NCBI RefSeq assembly: GCF_006345805.1
Contig: NW_021833257.1
Span: forward strand, 1 to 64,000
Direction of reading: 5' to 3'
DNA from: Octopus sinensis
Taxonomy: Eukaryota
DNA length: 64,000 nucleotides
The translations under genes and the position numbers were made by a program. This document shows positions 1-12,800 of the stretch, in pieces. The first letter of the stretch is position 1. Each line of letters starts with the position of its first letter. The notes beneath the pieces were generated by a model, which was not told where the DNA came from, did not search any database, and worked only from the letters and a program-made list of their open reading frames with translations.

Positions 1-3000
1 TGAATATTCTTTATTGACGATTATCAAAGTACAGTTGATTTGTTCATTTGATGAATAATATACCAAACAATCGTTTTCAGAAATTCGAATTATATTGTTT
101 ATTATTTCTGCGCTAAACTTTGTTCCTTTGATTGTGATATTAGTTCTAGCATTTCTTACTAATTTTTAATATTTTAAAATTTTTTATTACTTAAAATTGG
201 GGAAATATCCAATACTGTAGGAGTAGATCTATTTGTTTTTAAAAACGTGCAACTTCCATTGCAAATAGAAGGAGAATCATTTATAATTACTTCAACTTGT
301 GGATCTTTAAATTGTTGTCTAATCATCGATTGTTGTATTGTAGATTGTAAATATCCATCAACTAATGTTATTGTAGATCCTTGAATTTGATCGTTACCTG
401 TGATATTTATCTATAATTTTATTATTTAATAAATAAATCAAAACCTTTAGTAATTCTGCGTCTCCGTTGTAAGATTTGAATATTATATCAGCCATTAAAG
501 ACTGGCAAGTGCGTTGTTCACTGATTGTCACTAATCCAATTTCATTAAAGTTTTCCAAGGCTTTCTGGAAATATTCGGAATTTATTTGTACTAAAAATAT
601 ATTATAAATATTACAGCATAAAGGAATCTCGCAGTAATTCCATTTTGTATGATTATAGTCCGTATAGCACCAAGGACCAAACGGTTTGTTGTCAGGATTT
701 CGACAAAAATTAAGTTCACTTGTTTTATTTGAAAAATACGTCGAATTCCAATTTACACATTTAAACCCATTTTTAGTAAAAGATGTCGTCCCAGTATAAT
801 TGATTCCTTTCACAGTGGTCTTACAGTCCAAAACTAATTTAGACAAACTTTAATTAAACCTTGTGAAGCTTTAATAGACCTTCCTTTAAATGTAAATATA
901 ATATCTCCTTCAGGAGGTAAAGTGGCATTTGAAAGTGACTGACTAAATGTAAAATTTGTCGAAGTGTTATTTTTTGATTTCTAAATAACATCATCCAGTA
1001 TAGAGTGTACATTTATAACAGTCATTAATGGTAATTTTCCGAAACATTTATGAAAACTATAAGTAACAGTAATGCTGTTTTCAAATTTTACGACAGATAC
1101 AGCTTCAACAGAGTGTTGTCCAAGAACTCGCCTTGTTTTCAAAATTGCTAGCATATTTAAATCACTGAAAAACCAATTTTATCTAAATTTCTAGCCGTTT
1201 TAGACAAAGAAACAAGATCGTAGTAAATAGTTCCATTATTTATTATGTTGATTTTTTTGACTAATACTATTGAAGATTGTACATTATTCATCAATAAAGT
1301 CAAGTCAATGCATTCGTAATTCCAATCACTAAATATAAATTTTATTTATCTGACTGAATTGAATTTTCCAGTGTTATTTCATACGTATAAGAAACATAGT
1401 CTATACTGTTATTGGAATATTCAATTTCTAATTCTTTAGGTGAATAACCATTATATGCAAAGCATAACTATTCGAATACCAAAAATATAAAACCATTTTA
1501 AATATTGCTATATTTGGCTGGTTTTTATCTATTGCGCGAAACATTGATTCCAAATTTTTAAAAGAATACAATCCACAGAAGGCGTTTCCAAAGTGGTTTG
1601 AATGAGTTATACTCGATTCAAAATCTTCGACATAAAAAACTGAATCTGATTTTTTATTAAAATTTCGTGGACAGCGATTTCCATATCCGGACAAAATCTT
1701 TGCTGAAATCTATAATTTATTTAAAAACTTCTAATTTACTTCTATTTCAGTCAATTGAGATGAAATTGGAGGTAAATTATATTTTCCTACGTTAAATAGT
1801 AAATAAGAATTTCCAGGTGTCCCATTAACAATTTTTTCAATTGAATAATTTTTTATAGAATTATTAATTTCTACTATTGTGAATGGCACAAAATTTCCTA
1901 GAAATCATAAAAATTAAAATTAACCAAAACAAACAGTAAAATTCAATTTATAACTTGTTCTTGTATTATTATCGACATAGTTTTCTACTTTAATATGATA
2001 ATCGCCAAGGATCGGATGATTGTTAAATTTGTTTTCTAACTCTTGAACCGTATCTTTAGTTCTCAAAATTTCTAAAATTTCAAAATTTTGAAAGACCGGT
2101 TTCAATATCATTGAAATTTATTCTGTATTGAATATTACTTTCATTTTTATTAATAACTATTTGATAAACTTCGTGTGTCGAATTTTCAGCCGTTTGATTA
2201 TTAAAAAAATAACGCTATTAATAATAATTCTATTAAATTCATACATGTTTTTCATATTGATAGTTGTAATTGATGATTATTTTTTGTTTTTCAGCTACAA
2301 CTAACTGCAATATTTTGTTAGAATATGGAGATTCAAATAACTTGAACGAAGCTTCAAGTGTTGATTTCCAAATATAATTCTTGTATATTCGGAGAAAATA
2401 TCTAAAGATTCAATTTATAAATATACAAAACCCTTTATTCTTTTGCATATAAAATGATTTGAATAAATAGTCTTCACAATTTGTCGTCTTAATTTGATAA
2501 AAATATAATGAGATACCAAATTTTCAAAAGTAATGCAAAACGAAGATTTGGTATTGTCATTTATATAAAATTTATAATGTCCAGTCTTTGGAGGATAAAA
2601 ATACCCCGATAGCCTAACAACTTTATTTCCATCTGGCAAATGTTCTTTTCCAGATAAAGCTGTTTTGAAATTATAACCGGACGGATATGTTGCCGTATAG
2701 TTTTTTATTTCATTGTTATTAGAAAAATTTAAAGGGGTGTCCCAATATTCGAGTAAAAATCCTCTACTACCTGAAATAATTTATTTAGAAAAGAAATAAT
2801 AAATACCTGCGTATAATTTTCTGAAGTTTAATGTAGATTTTGTCAAACTGCATACAATTGTATCATTTGAAATAGAATTTATGTTGCATTTTTCTCCTTT
2901 GTAATAATGATGTATCAATTCTTACCTCCAACATAAACTTTTGTACTATCATTGTAAAAATATTTTCCAAATATTTTTATTTGAGTCCCGCCAAATATAC

Positions 3001-4055
3001 TTCCTTCATTTGGAATGATCGAATTAATTGCTGTAAAAATAAAGATTGTTTAAGAGTTTAAAACTTGCATAAGCTTCATATTGTCCAAATTGCATGTTGC
3101 TGAACAACATCAACGATCCAATATCTGCCTTTGATCTGTTAAAATAATATTTCTGAAAAATTAAATACCTTCCATAATATCGATCAATTATAATACTTCC
3201 ATTAATACCTCCTATTCGCACGTTTGAAAGTTTACACTTAAATTGTCCAAAAAATTTAGATGTAAGATTAAAATCGTATCTAATATATCAATAAAAATTG
3301 TTGAATACGGTTTGCTTGTAACTGGATCAATTATTTCACAGTTTTTGTTTCCAAAATATATTCTAGGATTATAATAACAATAGTTACCTAGTGAACTTTG
3401 GAAAAATTTCCTTAGAAACCCCAATTTCGTTATTTAGATAAATCGTTGAATAAAAAGATCCAGAAACAGTTATTAATTGGTCTGCAATTAGAAAATCAAT
3501 TGGGAACCTGGTGATCCAGTATTTGGGACTACACTCGTTATTCTTGGTGTGCAACTCCACCGAGACTATAGATTATTAAAACAACAAAAAATATAAACAA
3601 AAAACATGCAATTGTAAATATGTCTGTTTTGACATATTTGCTCATCCGGAATCCTGATTCCATCAACTTCTACATGCAAATAATAGTTTCCAATTTCCAT
3701 GGGTCTAAAAATAGATAAATTCTAAAAAGTTACTCTGTAAAACAAAAAATTGCTTTACTGTGTGTTAAATCAGTACGGATATTGCATTTATATGATCTGA
3801 CAGAGGAATATAAATAAACACGATTTCCTATAGTTCCTTGATTTTCAATATTCAAAGTGAATGCTTCATCGGAAAAGCCTTGAAAATATTTATTCTCTAT
3901 TTAAACCATCTCCTCTAATCTCAATCAACGTTTCTCCTTCCAAAGATCCGCATCTTGTAATTATACGATCAATTCGTGGGTTTACTGAGAATTAAATAAA
4001 ACTATAAACCGCTTTGTTGACATCTCATAAACAAAAACAAAGAGATCAGCATCAT
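1..4055 (-). CDS. PKHD1L1: Fibrocystin-L-like gene, 5' part (multi-exon, runs off the left edge): signal peptide, IPT/TIG, PA14-like region, kringle
   Basis: Spliced N-terminus MMLISLFLFMRCQQS|VNPRIDRIITRCGSLEGETLIEIRGDG (ATG 4055, 24-nt intron) resembles TIG1. VRLSGYFYPPKTGHYKFY (2415-2639) is PA14-like. HSNHFGNAFCGLYSF lies at 1428-1694 and a kringle CRNPDNKPFGPWCYT at 394-846. The exon chain is only partly resolved. Confidence 0.8.
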
Positions 4056-4260
4056 GATCTGCTAAAAATTTTAATTCGAAATTTTTCGTACTATAGAAAC
4101 AGATTGAACCCTCGCTGACTACTTTAAATACTTTATAAAGTTTATTGAGTTTTTTGGTTTTCTAAAATAAACTATTAATGCTAAAATAATTTTAATATTT
4201 TAATAATTAAAAAAATGCCATATAGTTTTGATTTTTCATTCTATTAAATTAAATTAGTTT

Positions 4261-5440
4261 CAGTTTCCTTTCCTCCTGCGAAATCACTTTTCCACCCCTA
4301 AGGTCCTTTATACGCTAAGATGTGCACCCTTTTTCCACAGAAGTGACCTCCTATCTGATTTCGATTACATCCTTAAGCTCAGTATGAACTCCCATACAAT
4401 CTTGCTTTCGACGATTCTGGCTGGTCTCAGGCGACCTTACCTGTGCGCTGGGGCGGCCTTGGTCTGAGATCCTGTTTCGATTTGGCTCTTCCGGCTTACC
4501 TGTCCTCTCATTCTGACTCCTGCAATCTCTCAGACATCGTTCTCCGAAACCTTCCCAAACGGAAAGTGTCTGCAGATTTCGTCGTGGCAGGTCTCTTATG
4601 GAAGGCCCGGTTTGACTTGAGGCGGCCTGAGTCCGAGGATTACCAGCGCCAGTGGGACGAGAATGTATGTCGGTCTTTGTACGAAGAACTCACTCCAAAA
4701 TTTAACCAACACAGGCTCGCCTGCTTTCGTGCAGGCTGTCACCCAGGCAGCGGTGCTTGGATTGATGCCTTCTCCATTCAATTGGGAACCTCCTGGACTC
4801 CAAGTGCCTAAGAATCGCTATCTTCTTACGTGTTGGGCTCAAAATCTGTCAGGCCCACAAATGTCGCTGTGTCGGAACTGTGGACGAGTTCGGGTTACAT
4901 CCCCTCTCTTGCCCCCCCAGTGCAGGCCGCGCTCCTCGCCACAGTGAACTGAACGACATCGTGAAAAGTTCTTTCGAAGCCGCCGGGGTGCCGTCCGTCC
5001 TTGAACCTGTCGGTTTGAACAGAGGTGACGGCAAACGCCCTGACGGCTTAAAATCCCTTATATGGGATTCTACCTGCTGTGACACATTCTCCAATGGGAA
5101 CCTAGCCATGTCGGCCGTCGACCCAGGCCTTGCTTCCAATCGCGCTGAAGATCTCAAAATTTAGAAGTACGGTCACCTCTCTACTTTTGTTTTCACGCCC
5201 ATCGCCGTTGAGACCTCTGGGGTCTTTGGCTGCAAGTCGCGCTTGTTTCCCACGTGGTTTGGAGAGAAGAATCGCCAAAAGAAGGACGACCCGAGAGAGT
5301 CCTTTTGGCTTCTTCAACGCCTCTCCATTGCCGTAATCTGCGGCAACTGTTTCGCAATTCGTGAGGCTGGGGAGCGTCCTAAACTGTATAGTCTTAAACA
5401 ATTTTCTTCTTTCTAACTGTCTTTATTGAATAAAAAAATT
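4261..5440 (+). mobile_element. 5'-truncated CRE-clade non-LTR retrotransposon (restriction-like endonuclease C-terminus)
   Basis: GC-rich island. Motifs RWGGLGLR..LALPAYLSS, SGAW, GLHPLSC...RH.ELN, LEPVGLNRGDGKRPDG, WDSTCCDTFS, FQRLSIAVICGN. AATAAA plus an A-run near 5430. Boundaries approximate. Confidence 0.8.
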
Positions 5441-5505
5441 TACGCTAGCATAACTTTGTCTCCATTTTGTCATGTTGGCCCATTTTGTTTGTAAAAGGTC
5501 AAGAT

Positions 5506-6282
5506 CAGGGGTCTCAACCTTTTTAGCTCAGGGCCAAATCGATATTAAGATTAGCTTCGCGGGCCGCAAAAAAATATTTTAATATATTTTTATATTTTCC
5601 AAGCCGGTATCCTGCTTGCAATCCGAAGTGCAGCCACTGCTGATGCGTAATAGTTTAAGAACTCTTTTTTTCTTTTTTTAATTTCCATTTTTTTATAAAG
5701 AAATAAAAGCTAAAAAATCTACAAAAGGCGTTGTATCTAAAAAGAAAGTACTATTTGTTTATTAAGTTTTTGAAATCGGAATAAGTAAAGTCGAAAGAAG
5801 TCGTGAAAAGAAGTTCGAAAGCTGCCAAGTGATTATCTGTGAGCTTGTACGATATTTATTTTTTTCGAATCATTTTACTAAATATTGATTCGCATAAATA
5901 TGTAGATTTAAACATTGATATATTCATATAGCATGTGTGTTATATTTTTGAATTTGTCTTGAGAATTAATTCGTAAAAATTAATAATAGACGCCTTTTTG
6001 AACATGCCGCCAGTAAATTAATGAGTTCTAGTTTGAATTGCAGGCGCATCCTTAATTTCCACGCTGAATAAAGTGCGAATATTTTTCATTAAAGGAAGGA
6101 ATTCTTTAAAATTCTAAAAGTACCCCAAAACGTGCTTCAAATTGATTAATGAAATCACCAATTATGGATATGTTTAACCTTAAGAATGAATAATTAAATT
6201 TAACACATTATTAAAAAATTAAAAAAGTTAGTTACTTTAGAGGGGCCACATGCGGCCCGGGGGCCGCATTTGAAAACCGCTG
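5506..6282. mobile_element. Non-autonomous hAT (Charlie-like) element, 777 bp
   Basis: Imperfect TIRs CAGGGGTCTCAA / CAGCGGTTTTCAA (reverse complement). Perfect 8-bp TSD GTCAAGAT at 5498-5505 and 6283-6290. Confidence 0.9.
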
Positions 6283-6640
6283 GTCAAGATGAATATAATT
6301 TCTGAGATCTATACTCAATAATAAGGAAATCGATCTTCCAAAACATAAGAAGTATCGACTGAAAAAGAAAGCAGAAAATTTCCTAATTAAAGAGGGGAAA
6401 CTATATATTAAAGATGTAAACGGTCTGCACAAGCTCGTAATTCCTTCCACGAGCTTAAAAGAGATGAAAATAATTGCACGTGAGATTTATGAAGCCAATC
6501 ATTGTGGACATTATGTAGGCAAAGATTTTTTATATTGAGAAGAGAGATCATTCGCCAAGTTGTCAAAAAATGCAATTTCTGCAAATTTTCAGTTCCACTA
6601 AAACAATATGATAATTCAACAAAGATAAATTCGAATTCAA
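6283..6640 (+). mobile_element. Ginger/gypsy-integrase-like N-terminal remnant (H2C2 zinc-binding region)
   Basis: Reads QDEYNFLRSILNNKEIDLPKHKKYRLKKKAENFLIKEGKLYIKD...EANHCGH...IRQVVKKCNFC. Same layout as the integrase remnant at 19486-19860. Confidence 0.55.
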
Positions 6641-6689
6641 CTTCTCCAAAATTAACTTGAATTCTCCGTATTATAAGAGAATGAACAGG

Positions 6690-6930
6690 AAGATGGAAGT
6701 ACATGTGTCGGGCTTCGCAGCTAACCTGGCCGAAACGCTTAAAATCAAGAAATACAGTGGATTATCTCACCGTCATATCTTTGCCCCGATTGCTTTACTA
6801 TGCCCCGATCGCAATTACTTATTAAAGTGGGGGACCTAGCAAGCAGAAGAAGAAATGATCATCGGGAACGGACATTGCTTTTTCAACGGATATCAATAGC
6901 CATCTTGCGTGGGAATTGCCATTTTATTTT
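6690..6930 (+). mobile_element. CRE-clade non-LTR 3' remnant
   Basis: AANLAETLKIKKYSGLSHRHIFAPIA ... FFQRISIAILRGN matches the C-terminus of the element at 4261-5440. Confidence 0.6.
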
Positions 6931-7012
6931 ATCCTCTGCTACTAATTAAACACGTGATCAGTTGTTACTTCTGAGTTTTTTGTTAATCGACGAAATAGAA
7001 TTTCGATAAATA

Positions 7013-8483
7013 CAGTAAAACCTCTGGTGCTCGCCACCTCTGTTACTCGCCACCTCTATTGCTCGCCACATATTGTTCAAAAAATTAAAAATTTCTAGTA
7101 AATTTTGATAAATATTCTATTGCTCGCCATTTTCTAAATCTCGCCATTAATTTTTAAAAAATTTTTTTTTGGTTAAACTATTTTTTATATAAAAGTTGAT
7201 CAGAAACAAGAAATTGATGCATTTACTTCTTTGATCTCTGCACAGATTCAACAATATAATGCTGAAAACATTTATAACGCTGATGAAACTGGGATTTTTT
7301 ACAAATCTATCCCTTCAAAAAGTGTTTGTCAAAAGGTTCGATATGGACATAAAATCCTTAAAGAACGGTTTAATTTTTATTTATTTTTTAGATTTTCTTT
7401 GTTGCTATGCTCAAATATGACTGGGACAGACAAAAAATTCCACTTATGATTGGAAAGTTCCAGAAACCTCGCTGCTTTAAAAAATTTTAAAGTCGAAAAT
7501 TTTGTCGATTACTGTCATTCATCAAAAGCATGGACGACAAGTAAAATTTTTAACGAATGGCTTTTAACATGGGATAGGCATCTAAAAAAACGAAAAATTC
7601 TTTTAGTTGTGAATCGATGCCAATCCCATAAACTTTACGCTGATTTAGAGTCAATTGAAGTTCTTTACCTACCTTCGAAGACTACAACAATTCTACAACC
7701 AATGGATCAAGCAATCATTAGATCCTTCAAAGGACATTTTAATAAACTTAAATTTGAGTTTATGTTAGAAAAAATTGATAATGGAGAAAATCCACTGGAA
7801 GCTCATAAAAAATTAATTTTAAAAGACGGTCTTCTTTTTACATATTTTGCCTGGAAAAAAGTAAAGACCAAAACAATTACAAATTGTTTCGGACATTCAA
7901 AATGGATCGAATGTGAAAATCAACTCGAAAGACAAACTGTTGAAATTGATAATTATGATCAAATGGTAAATATCTTGAAAATATTGGACCCGGTGGATAA
8001 AGATGATTTTATTAATCATGAATTTACCGAAATATATGAAATTGAAGATTACCTTAATATTGCTGGAGATTCTTTCCCACAAAAATATGACGATGAAGAT
8101 ACTCATAATGACGAATCTCATGTGAATTCAGAAGAGGCTTTGAAAATGTTGAAAAGAATAAAGTCATTCTTTTATCAAAATGAAAATTTTGATATAAATT
8201 CGTTGGAACTAATCGACACCGTTATTAGAAATATGGCTGAATTAAAAAAACTATTAAAGATTTTTTAGTTAATTTTTTCCTTTTAATTTCTGTCGATTCT
8301 CTTTGTTGCTTTACTCAAATGTGACTTGGAAGGCTCACTTATGATCGGAAAGTATCGAAAACCGAGATGTTTTCAAAATTTCAAAGTCAAAAAATTTATT
8401 GATTATTTCCGTTGCTCGCCAAATTCTATTGCTCGCCATTTTTTCTTTGGTCCCGAAAATGGCGAGCACCAGAGGTTTTACTG
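7013..8483 (+). mobile_element. pogo/Tigger-type DNA transposon (DDE_1 transposase, N-terminus deleted)
   Basis: 24-bp perfect TIR CAGTAAAACCTCTGGTGCTCGCCA with TA on both sides (7011-12, 8484-85). ORFs 7231-8268 carry IYNADETGIFYK, KAW, FNEWL, YLPSKTTTILQPMDQAIIRSFK. Confidence 0.92.
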
Positions 8484-8521
8484 TATGTATTAAACGTAAA
8501 ATTCGAACAAAATTTAAAATA

Positions 8522-8594
8522 TACCTCGACTGGGAGTTGAACCCAGAACCTCTCGCGTGTTAGGCGAGCGTGATAACCGCTACACCACCGAGGC
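8522..8594 (-). tRNA. tRNA-Val(AAC)
   Basis: GCCTCGG-TG-GTGTAGCGGTTATCAC-GCTCGC-CT AAC AC-GCGAG-AGGTT-CTGGG-TTCAACT-CCCAG-TCGAGGT-A. Full cloverleaf, 73 nt, no intron. Confidence 0.95.
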
Positions 8595-8789
8595 TGTAAC
8601 GTACATGAGGCGATAGTACTCAGTTGAACAAAAACCTTGATTAAAAATGGAAACTAAAAGGAAGTTTGTGGCAATCTCTGTTTTAAGCGAAGAAGAGAAA
8701 TTACTGATGACCTGGATTTCTAATTAGATAATTTAAAATAGAATTCACATTTATTGTATAATTTGTTGATTTTTTTAAAGATAAAGAAA

Positions 8790-9525
8790 AACATAAAGAA
8801 CTTTTTGCTAATTTAAATTTGTCGCCGAGCGGATGGATAGAAATTCCCAGGTAATATCGCGAACGGCATCCGTTGAAAAAGCCAGCTTGTTTCACGGTCG
8901 TCGTGACTCATTTTAGAGATGGATGTACCAATCTCATATTGTAGTTTGAGCGCTTTGGATCCATTTATCTCACTGATCTTGAAAGCCAGGGGACGAAGCA
9001 GCAGGTATCGGTCAATGAGACATATTTTTAGTTTTCCTAAATTTCGCAAAGGCAGATGCAGATCCAGGACAAGACAAGAAGCAGAGTCAATCTGCGATGA
9101 TGAGGAAAATGAATCTACGCAGGTAACATCCCACACCAGGACTGAATGGGAATAAAATCGCCAATCAGGGCGTTTTCCGTCCCCACCGGTTCTAAGGGGA
9201 ATCCAGCGGCGTTAAGCGCGCGCTTCACAACATCATTTAATGAAGAGTGTCTGGGGATCTTGTCGGCAACCCCCTCCTGTCGATGACTTTTCCTTCCTTG
9301 TACAAAAATATACCGTTTGAGGAGATCGGTAACACATTAAGTTAATCGGCCGAATGAGGCTGACAAGCACAATTAAAACTGAAACCGGTTGGCCTGTAAG
9401 CGGATATTTTCGAGTATGTGCGAGCAATAAATAATATCCCAGTTCCTTTGAACAGATGGAATTTCCGGGATTTTAAGCCCCCGAAAACCCACTCGTTGAC
9501 ACCAGCCGCATATTCAAGCAGGAAG
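8790..9525 (-). mobile_element. Degenerate CRE-clade non-LTR remnant
   Basis: QRNWD, LNAAGFPLEPVG..DGKRPD, WDVTCVDSFS, WLFQRMPFAILPGN. Boundaries approximate. Confidence 0.7.
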
Positions 9526-9536
9526 ATCAGGAATAT

Positions 9537-9803
9537 TTACATTGAATGGTAATTGAAAACAGTAAATTCATTTTCAAGCTCATGGGAAATTTCAAAACGC
9601 GTCTCAGATTCAGTAGCTTTCGTAACACATGATTTTATAAAATCATCAACACTATAAGGTTTTAATGCTAACGTTATATCCCGATAAATAACGTAGTTAG
9701 CTTTTACAGCTTCCTCACTGTCATCTCGAACTTTATCGAAAGAAGATTGCTGATTATGCAAACATGCAAGTAGTGCTTTTCTCGCGGACCGTATCTTTGA
9801 CAC
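9537..9803 (-). mobile_element. hAT (Charlie/GTF2IRD2-like) transposase fragment
   Basis: SEEAVKANYVIYRDITLALKPYSVDDFIKSCV resembles the AS(Y/F)..A...KPF..GEFIKEC region of this family. No termini seen. Confidence 0.55.
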
Positions 9804-9888
9804 TCCTGGGCAATAGGTTATAAATAATAGCTAGATTTAAATTCTTATTACATTTTTATTAAGTCCAAAAAGTAATAGATTTTAAAGC

Positions 9889-12800
9889 CTATTTTTTATG
9901 TTTTTGTTTGGTTTTCTTTCCGGTTTCTCTAAATTCATCCACTGAATCGATTTTTATCTCTGAAATTTTGTTTATTAATTCAGCGTATTCTTCAGAAGCT
10001 AAAACTAAAAAATATCAAAAAAACTGAATGTTTTTTGAAATCTCTCGTCCTTCTTACAAAATTCATTTTCATAAATCGAATTTTTTACTAAAATTAATTA
10101 ACACAATATGACGAATAAACATTGATTAATTTCTTCAATCGGATATGTATCAGTCAAAAATGTTTCTAAATCAACAAAAATTGTTACTTGTCGAAAATAA
10201 AAAATTATCTCCTGAAGTTTCACTATCAAATTCACTGTCAGAGGTCAAAGAAACTATTAAATTGTACGCTTGTTTGTATTTAACTTTTAGTAGTTTTTGA
10301 AAAGGCTTTTATATCGAATTTTTGATCTTCAGATGACTAGTTAAATAATAAATTAACTTCTACGCTGTTCATATTAATTAAATATTTTTGAGATTTTTGA
10401 GCGTCAATTTTCTTTTTTTGAAATTCCTGGTCACTTTTTATCGTATAATTTGTTGGAATTACCTCTACCCGTTCATCTCCTTTAAGTAATATTTATAGAG
10501 AAGACAGACCTAAAGGCAGAATATTTCCATTATTTTTGATAGAAATTGAATTAAAATCGAATTGATCTGTTTCAAGAATATTATTTCTTTCTTCGGTAAC
10601 ATTTTCAGTATCCGAAAGTATCGCTTCGATTTTAAAAGTTTCTACAGTTTCTTGTATAAATTTGTATGCGTCTAATATTTCTCCTTCCAGTTCTAGACGA
10701 ATTTGTTCTATTTTTCTATTTTCAGAACGTTTTAATTCTTGTTGAATAGTTTCGTCATCAATTTTTGTAAGATTTACAGTGTAAGAAGACTCGTCTGATC
10801 ATGTAATCAAAAATACCTTTAATATTTCCTAAATCTTTTACTGATACACACATATTTTTTGCCTCATCTTTCACAAATAAGAAATCAAAATCATCATGGT
10901 TGTCATTACGATCTTCAGTGGAATGTAATACTTTTTTGATAATATCGTTTTGTAGATTTTCTTTAATAAATTCAACGGCATCGACAATTTCATTTTCTAG
11001 CTGTTTCTGGATAGTATGTATCATATCTATCACACATATTTATATCATATTACCAGGCTCCTCTTTATTTTTGATATCTAAAAATAGTTTTAATAATGAA
11101 TCAATACTTTCGACCGATATTTTATTAGTAGACGAGTCGATATCAGGCTTATCAATTATGGGTTGAGACTTTGTGCGCGTTTTTGATGTTTTAATTGTAT
11201 TTCTGTCACGCTCTTCTTTCATTTCCCTCCTTTTCTGGATTTCTTCTTCTTTTTTTAGCATTTTAAGCTTTCTCTTATTTTCTTTTTTTTCGAGTTGAGA
11301 TTCATATGGGTTATTTGTTTTTTTCTGGATACTTTCAATGTTACAGGTTATATCGAGAGAAGGTAATGCTTTAACGGTGTCAGTAGGGATTGATTTTTGG
11401 GTACTGACGACATCTAATTTATCGGTTTCACGTATTTCTTCAGGCTCTTGAGTCTTAGTTATATCTTTATTCGTGATATATACATTTTCTGGCACTTTCA
11501 AAACTTCAAGCGATACAGCTTTTTCAGATTTTTTGAATTCTTCCACTTTCTGAAGATTCGTATTATTAGCATTAGTAGATTTTTTGTTCATTTCTCTGAC
11601 AACTAATCAAAAATAATAACAATCACGTTTACTTTGACGTAAATTTTCTTTATCTTCTTTTGATAGTGAAATGGTTGGAAGACCACTGAAATTATAAATA
11701 TTCTTATTTTCATATATTTTATCAACTTTAAAATAATATTAAATAATCGAAAATGATAAATTTAAAAATTATTTACCTCTTTCGGTTTTAAGTAAAACAT
11801 CATAAACTTTTGTTGGATATATTACCTCGTTACTATGAGCTTAAAATATATTAGATTTAATCTAACTCAATGTAATTTTCTTTTCAAAATTAATAACATT
11901 TTTTTCTGAATTGTTTTCGGATTGTACCTCTATTTCGCCATATCGATTGATTGTTTTATTTATTTGATGATTTAATGAATTTGTAATTTTATTCATATCT
12001 AATTTAAATATTTATGAAAACTTTTTTGTTTATTTTTTTCAAGTATTTTGTAATAATCTTTTAAAAATTGCTCATCATCCCAAATAGATTCAGTTTCTAA
12101 TTAGTAAAAATGATTTTTATTACTATAAATAATTTTATAATCTTTTTTAGCTTTAGGAAATTGAGTGACAGCTAAAATTAATCAAATATACAATTACAAA
12201 ATTTTGATTGTTCAATATTATATTTTTTTTCTTTCTTGATTTTACCTAAAATTTTTTTTTATTATTACCTTTTGCTTTCTCATTATCTTCTGATAGACCC
12301 ATTTGTGATATGGGTTCAACTTCTTCAGGCGGAACAACTGTCAATGATTCCTTTCCTACTTGAGTTTGAACATTAGACCCTTCAGTATTTTTTTATTTTA
12401 ATATGAATACTTTGAATGACTAACTTATTATTAAGATTTTGTTTTTCTTTTAATAATTTTATTTCTTTATTTGTTTTTTTAAAAGTTTCTATAACATATT
12501 ACGAAACAATAAAAACCGTTTGCTTCTTTGATAATAAATTCGAAGCATTCATGATATGTTACAAAAAATAATGAAAATTGATGAATATCATCTTTTAAAC
12601 TGGAATCAAATTCTCGAATCAACCCCGAAATTCTATTAAAGCTGAAAGGGGGATAAATAAATTTGTATTTTTTGTGAAAAAGACTTGCAGGATGATATTT
12701 TGTTGGATAAAGAAAAATAATAGAATCTGGTGAAATAAAATGTTTTGGTCTTATATCTCCAGCCTTAAATGTTGAAATCGGGAAAAAAAATGTTGAAATA

